A program made the position numbers and the translations under genes. A stretch of DNA of 64,000 nucleotides, from positions 1,922,001 to 1,986,000 of the forward strand of contig LSRY02000002.1 of assembly GCA_001643675.2 (NCBI GenBank), read 5' to 3'. This DNA is from Monocercomonoides exilis PA203. Taxonomy: Eukaryota; Protista; Preaxostyla. How positions within the stretch are numbered: position 1 is the first letter of the stretch; every line of letters starts with the position of its first letter. Below are positions 61,531-64,000 of the stretch, in pieces. Below the pieces are notes generated by a model. That model was given only the letters and a program-made list of their open reading frames with translations, was not told the DNA's origin and did no database searches.

Positions 61531-64000
61531 ATGCATGATGAAAACGAGAATGAAAGACTCTTTACGGACAATATAAATGAAGTGGAAATATTAAAGGAAA
61601 GAGAAACTTTTCAAAAACATCTTCAGAAAATGAAGGAAGAACATTTATTTGAAATGCAACCTTTACTGGATATAAATCAAAAACTCAGTCATGACATAAC
61701 AACGGTTGTTTTTGATATTTTTATGCGATATAATATATGAATTAATTAGATTAAAATAGATATGCAATCAACAGTCAATTCTTTAGCTGAAGAAAATAAG
61801 TATGTGAGCTTTTTTTTAAAGTTTAATGAGTTTTTCTTCCATAAATTTAAAGAAAATTAAAGGATAAATTAAATAAACTGGAAGCTGAATTAGAGCATTT
61901 GAATCAAACTCAAAAAATCGAAAAATCAAGTGAAGAACCAAATATTCAAAGAGGAAAACTTAAAATAAAAGAAATTGATGACAATGAATTTTTAATAAAA
62001 AATCCTTCGCTTCTTCAAGATCAGATACTGCGCAGAGAGAAAGAAAAGGCCTTATTTGAGTCTAAAAGAAAGAGAAATAGAGAAGATACTTCCTATGACA
62101 GATGGCTTTGTAAATATAAAGAGCAGCAGAAACTCATTCAGTGCTCACAACTTTCAACATCCAGTAATTCAGATCCCAGCGCGTTTCCTCAAGTTTCTGA
62201 ATCTTGTGATTCTTTGTGCAACACATCTCATTTTTATCCTATGAAAAGTACTTCTTCAAGAATAATCGACTTAATGAAAACAATTTCATCTCAACGCGAG
62301 TTTAAAATATATCGTCCTTTGAGTTTTTCTACTTCTGAAATTTCTTCCTCTTTTTTTCCAAAATGTCAAGCTTCGTCATCGACTGTACTGTCAGAATCTC
62401 AAGAAAATGATGGAAAGCCATCTGAAGTGGACAATTCTCCAAAGCAATCAACAATGAAACAGTGCAACGGAGATCAATTTCATTTTTTACTCGAAAATCG
62501 ACAATCTACTTTCTCGCATGAACCTTCCGAAAGTTTTTCTGAATACGATTATGCACAAAATGATTTAAAATCAAATTTTCCGCTACCAAATCAGATCGCC
62601 ATTGACTTATTGACTGAAAGTGCTTTGGCTTCAAAGGATTCAGAATTATTGCATAATGATGTCAAAGGATCAATTGCCGTTCAACAAGCACAAGATGTTT
62701 TACTTGATTCTGAAACGATTCAAAGAGATTCTAGACAATTGGAAGATAATCATTCACAAAATACTACAAACGAAATGGACGAAAAATCCTCTAATCCAGA
62801 AGTCTTCTCAAAAAGTGATCAAGAACGTGATGGTCAACAAAGTGAGGGAAATAAGACTTTTAGTTGTGACTCTTATGAAGATAAAACTTGTTGTGCTATT
62901 TCTTCAACAAATGCTGAAACAGAAAGCGATTCTAAAGTTGAAAGGGCAGAAATGGATAAATCATCAGAACTTCTTATTTCGAATTCAGCATCATCAAAAC
63001 ATTTATCATCATCTCCAGCACTTATGGAACCTGATGCTCAAACTTCTCTTGAAACTTCTGTAATACCAAGTATTCTTGCAGAAAATGCTTCAAAATCTCC
63101 AAAGAAACAAGAAAAGTTAAAAGGTATTCAAAATAGTCGCCTCCATCATGAGCATCATAAGCATCATAAGCATAATCGTCACTCCAGCATTAATCCATTG
63201 AAAAATCGCAATGCTTCTAAAGGGCATCATCATCATCATCATCATCATCATCACAGACATCATTCAAATAAGGACATCAAGGAAGCAGGAACTCAAAATC
63301 GTTCAACGCTGACTACTTCTCAGCAGCAGAACAGTTCGATAAGTGAATCACCTTCCACTTCGTCTCTAAGTTCTGCTCAAGAAGGACTTTCGTGTTGTGA
63401 CGCTGTTGAAAAGAAAGATTCTGGCGAAAAATTGGATGAAGTAAAAGGAGCTGAAGAAAGATCTCAATTAACTCCAAGCCAAATACAAATGGGAACAACA
63501 GAAACCACAAATGTGTTTGATACGGCTAATGTTTTAACTGAAAAATCAATCTCTCCTGATATTTATTCAGTTGATTCAAGTATCCCTTCAATCGGAGATC
63601 AATTATCAAAGAAGAAGAAGAAGAAGAAGAAGAAGAAGAAGAAGAGATCTTCTAATTTGGCGGAAATTAGTTGTGCTCAAAATGTCAATCAATCTAATCC
63701 CATTCCTTCAACTTCATTAACTGAAGTGCCAAAAAAAGAAACAAGCATAACTGATGGAAGTCTTTTTGGAAGCGCTGCTAATTCATCAGCTTTGACTTCA
63801 CTAACATCTTTGTCAATCAAATTTGATAATCGTTTCTCTGAAGAGCATAATACAAATTTTACTGAATTAAATACGCGTCCTCCAACACCAATTCATGCTT
63901 TCCTCGACTTGTCACAATCACAACGAACTAGAAAAAATGAAAAAATCAGTCAATTACTTTCTGAAGACATTCATCAGACATCCGTTGGTGGGATTGACAA
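61531..64000 (+). CDS. Hypothetical protein with N-terminal coiled coil and Ser/His/Lys-rich low-complexity region; runs off the window end
   Basis: ATG at 61531, short introns (~61705-61749, 61800-61851), then a frame that appears open to the window end with poly-His (~63225) and poly-Lys (~63610) tracts. Confidence 0.65.

Noticed and set aside
1-64000. Non-standard genetic code (TAA/TAG read as Gln, as in some metamonads)
   Set aside because: Conserved genes end at TAA/TAG at the expected positions, multi-kb ORFs have no internal TAR, and breaks are explained by introns.
61800-64000. Short ORFs 62056-62244, 62620-63063 and 63313-63510 suggesting a fragmented gene
   Set aside because: Off-frame shadows. 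The real frame appears open to the window end, so the ORF track did not list it.
1-64000. tRNA, rRNA or snRNA genes
   Set aside because: None recognised by eye; a covariance-model search (tRNAscan-SE, Infernal/Rfam) would be needed to exclude them.

Overview
This is eukaryotic, gene-dense, AT-rich protist DNA using the standard genetic code. It has short GT-AG introns with T-rich donors (GTTT...) and many poly-Ser/poly-Glu tracts; the style suggests an oxymonad such as Monocercomonoides (inference only). About 15 host genes are present: a low-complexity protein, a 2363-aa type I membrane protein, ATE1, an atypical Rho/Rac GTPase, COG1, TOE1, PCMT1, importin-7/8, a Puf4/5-type Pumilio protein, an ABHD1-3 hydrolase, an exonuclease-like protein, a PMCA-type Ca-ATPase, DDX55/Spb4, a METTL21-type methyltransferase and a truncated coiled-coil protein. 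The apparent gene desert at 22.8-34.5 kb resolves into a three-level transposon nest. A complete 7,947-bp hAT element (perfect 14-bp TIRs, 8-bp TSD, intact spliced transposase, probable second decayed transposase) sits in a Tc1/mariner-type MITE. That MITE sits in a ~1.1-kb foldback element of a GGG...CCC / 4-bp-TSD group. The most striking observation is that the Rho GTPase gene is best explained by a single-nucleotide exon (C at 14899) supplying the middle base of the invariant switch-I threonine codon. All gene models were spliced by eye and need RNA confirmation.
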